NCBI GenBank assembly: GCA_965261005.1
Contig: OZ253375.1
Span: 1,280,001 to 1,344,000, forward strand
Reading direction: 5' to 3'
DNA length: 64,000 nucleotides
Origin: Deinococcus sp.
GTDB lineage: Bacteria > Deinococcota > Deinococci > Deinococcales > Deinococcaceae
Below, in pieces: positions 63,149 through 64,000 of the stretch (position 1 is its first letter; each line of letters starts with the position of its first letter). Under the pieces are notes generated by a model. The model ran no database searches. It was given only the letters and a program-made list of their open reading frames with translations, and was not told where the DNA came from. Position numbers and translations under genes: made by a program.

Positions 63149-63235
63149 GAAACCTCCTTGAATGGCGTCATGCTATCCCTGGGGCGCGGGACGGGCGTCC
63201 CAAGTCCGTTCGTCTAAACCCGCTAAGCTGGACGT

Positions 63236-63595
63236 GTGCCAGGCAAGCCGGCCGCCCGCTCGCCCCTCAGTTCATGGGCGCTGGCGCTGCTGTGCCTGAT
63301 CGCCTCGCTCGCCTTTGCCACGCGCGAAACGGGTCTGGCTCCCATGCCGAACATGGACGTGTTCGGCATGGACATGGCCGCCGGACACGAACATCACGCG
63401 CCCAAACACAACCAGCACGACCACGCCGGCCACTGCCCCTTCTGCTTCACGGCCGCCTTCGCGCTGGAGGCTGGGAACGTGCGGGTGATCGTCCCGGCAA
63501 CCCGGGACGAGGCGCCGCCGACCTTCAAAACCGTCCCGCATCTTCTGGAGGCCGTGCGCGGTCCCCAGGCCCGCGCGCCGCCCATCCTCGCCTGA
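63236..63595 (+). CDS. DUF2946 (CruR/CutF-like) protein with CxxC and C-terminal RAPP
   Basis: Signal-like N-terminus, His/Met-rich stretch, HCPFC, ends PQARAPPILA; leaderless TAAGCT 6 nt before GTG. Confidence 0.8.
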   Translation: MPGKPAARSPLSSWALALLCLIASLAFATRETGLAPMPNMDVFGMDMAAGHEHHAPKHNQHDHAGHCPFCFTAAFALEAGNVRVIVPATRDEAPPTFKTVPHLLEAVRGPQARAPPILA

Positions 63596-63654
63596 CCTGA
63601 AGAAGCCGCGCCGAGAACCCTCGGCGTTCGCCCCAACTCGTTCAGGAGCTGACC

Positions 63655-64000
63655 ATGAAAAAGATGTTTCCCCTGCTGAGCGCCCTGCTGCTGGGCGCCG
63701 CCTCCGCTCACGAGACCAAGCTGGTCGCGAACGGCCAGTACAAGCTGATCGTCGGAATGGTCAAGGAGCCGGCCTACTCTATGGAGCGCAACGGCCTCGA
63801 CTTGATCGTGCGCACCGGGGACGACCAGCCCGTGCCCGACTTGGAAAAGAGCCTCAAGGCCGAGCTGCTCACCCAGGACGGCGCGCAAAAGCGGCCCCTC
63901 AACCTGCGCGCCCAGTACGGCAAGCCCGGGTATTACACCGACGACTTCGTGTTGGCGACGCCCGGCGTGTACAAGGTTCACGTCTTCGGCTACATCGGCG
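63655..64000 (+). CDS. secreted protein with predicted mature N-terminal His, FixH/YtkA-like (partial)
   Basis: SD AGGAG; MKKMFPLLSALLLGAASA-HETK...EPAY...NGLDL...GKPGYY...PGVY; runs off the window. Confidence 0.7.
   Translation, partial: MKKMFPLLSALLLGAASAHETKLVANGQYKLIVGMVKEPAYSMERNGLDLIVRTGDDQPVPDLEKSLKAELLTQDGAQKRPLNLRAQYGKPGYYTDDFVLATPGVYKVHVFGYIG

Noticed and set aside
63170..63192. Possible CsoR operator between the PCuAC and DUF2946 genes
   Set aside because: Only a weak C/G-tract resemblance with no convincing palindrome

Overview
High-GC chromosomal window from a Deinococcaceae genome. Evidence: a ddrB orthologue with a well-matching RDRM operator, many leaderless TAnnnT-N6/7-start promoters, a tandem gdhA/gdhB pair and an HRDC fusion of the DR2444 type. 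Most genes are housekeeping: ygfZ, xth, rnr, efp-accBC, gdh, prfA, trxB, rpsA, thiolase, suf, coaX, dnaJ, prs, an acyl-CoA dehydrogenase, apgM, trmH, tRNA-Glu and tRNA-Gln. Five regions stand out. (1) A complete type II Wadjet (TIGR02677-02680, jetABCD) anti-plasmid operon has a translationally coupled fifth gene (SAM methyltransferase), a probable internal leaderless promoter before jetC, and a back-to-back RHH/VapC toxin-antitoxin pair. (2) The sufC-sufB-sufD operon is interleaved with seven co-oriented lower-GC genes, including YefM-YoeB and VapBC modules whose toxin 3' ends supply the ribosome-binding sites of sufB and sufD. (3) A CxxCH lipoprotein is followed by ExbB, ExbD and a TonB/TolA-like protein with a non-canonical C-terminal domain. 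(4) RNase R has a long repeat-containing leader and a possible internal start for its basic C-terminal tail. (5) A copper-handling cluster includes a DUF2946 CxxC/RAPP putative arrest peptide. All family assignments come from reading motifs by eye; no database search was run.
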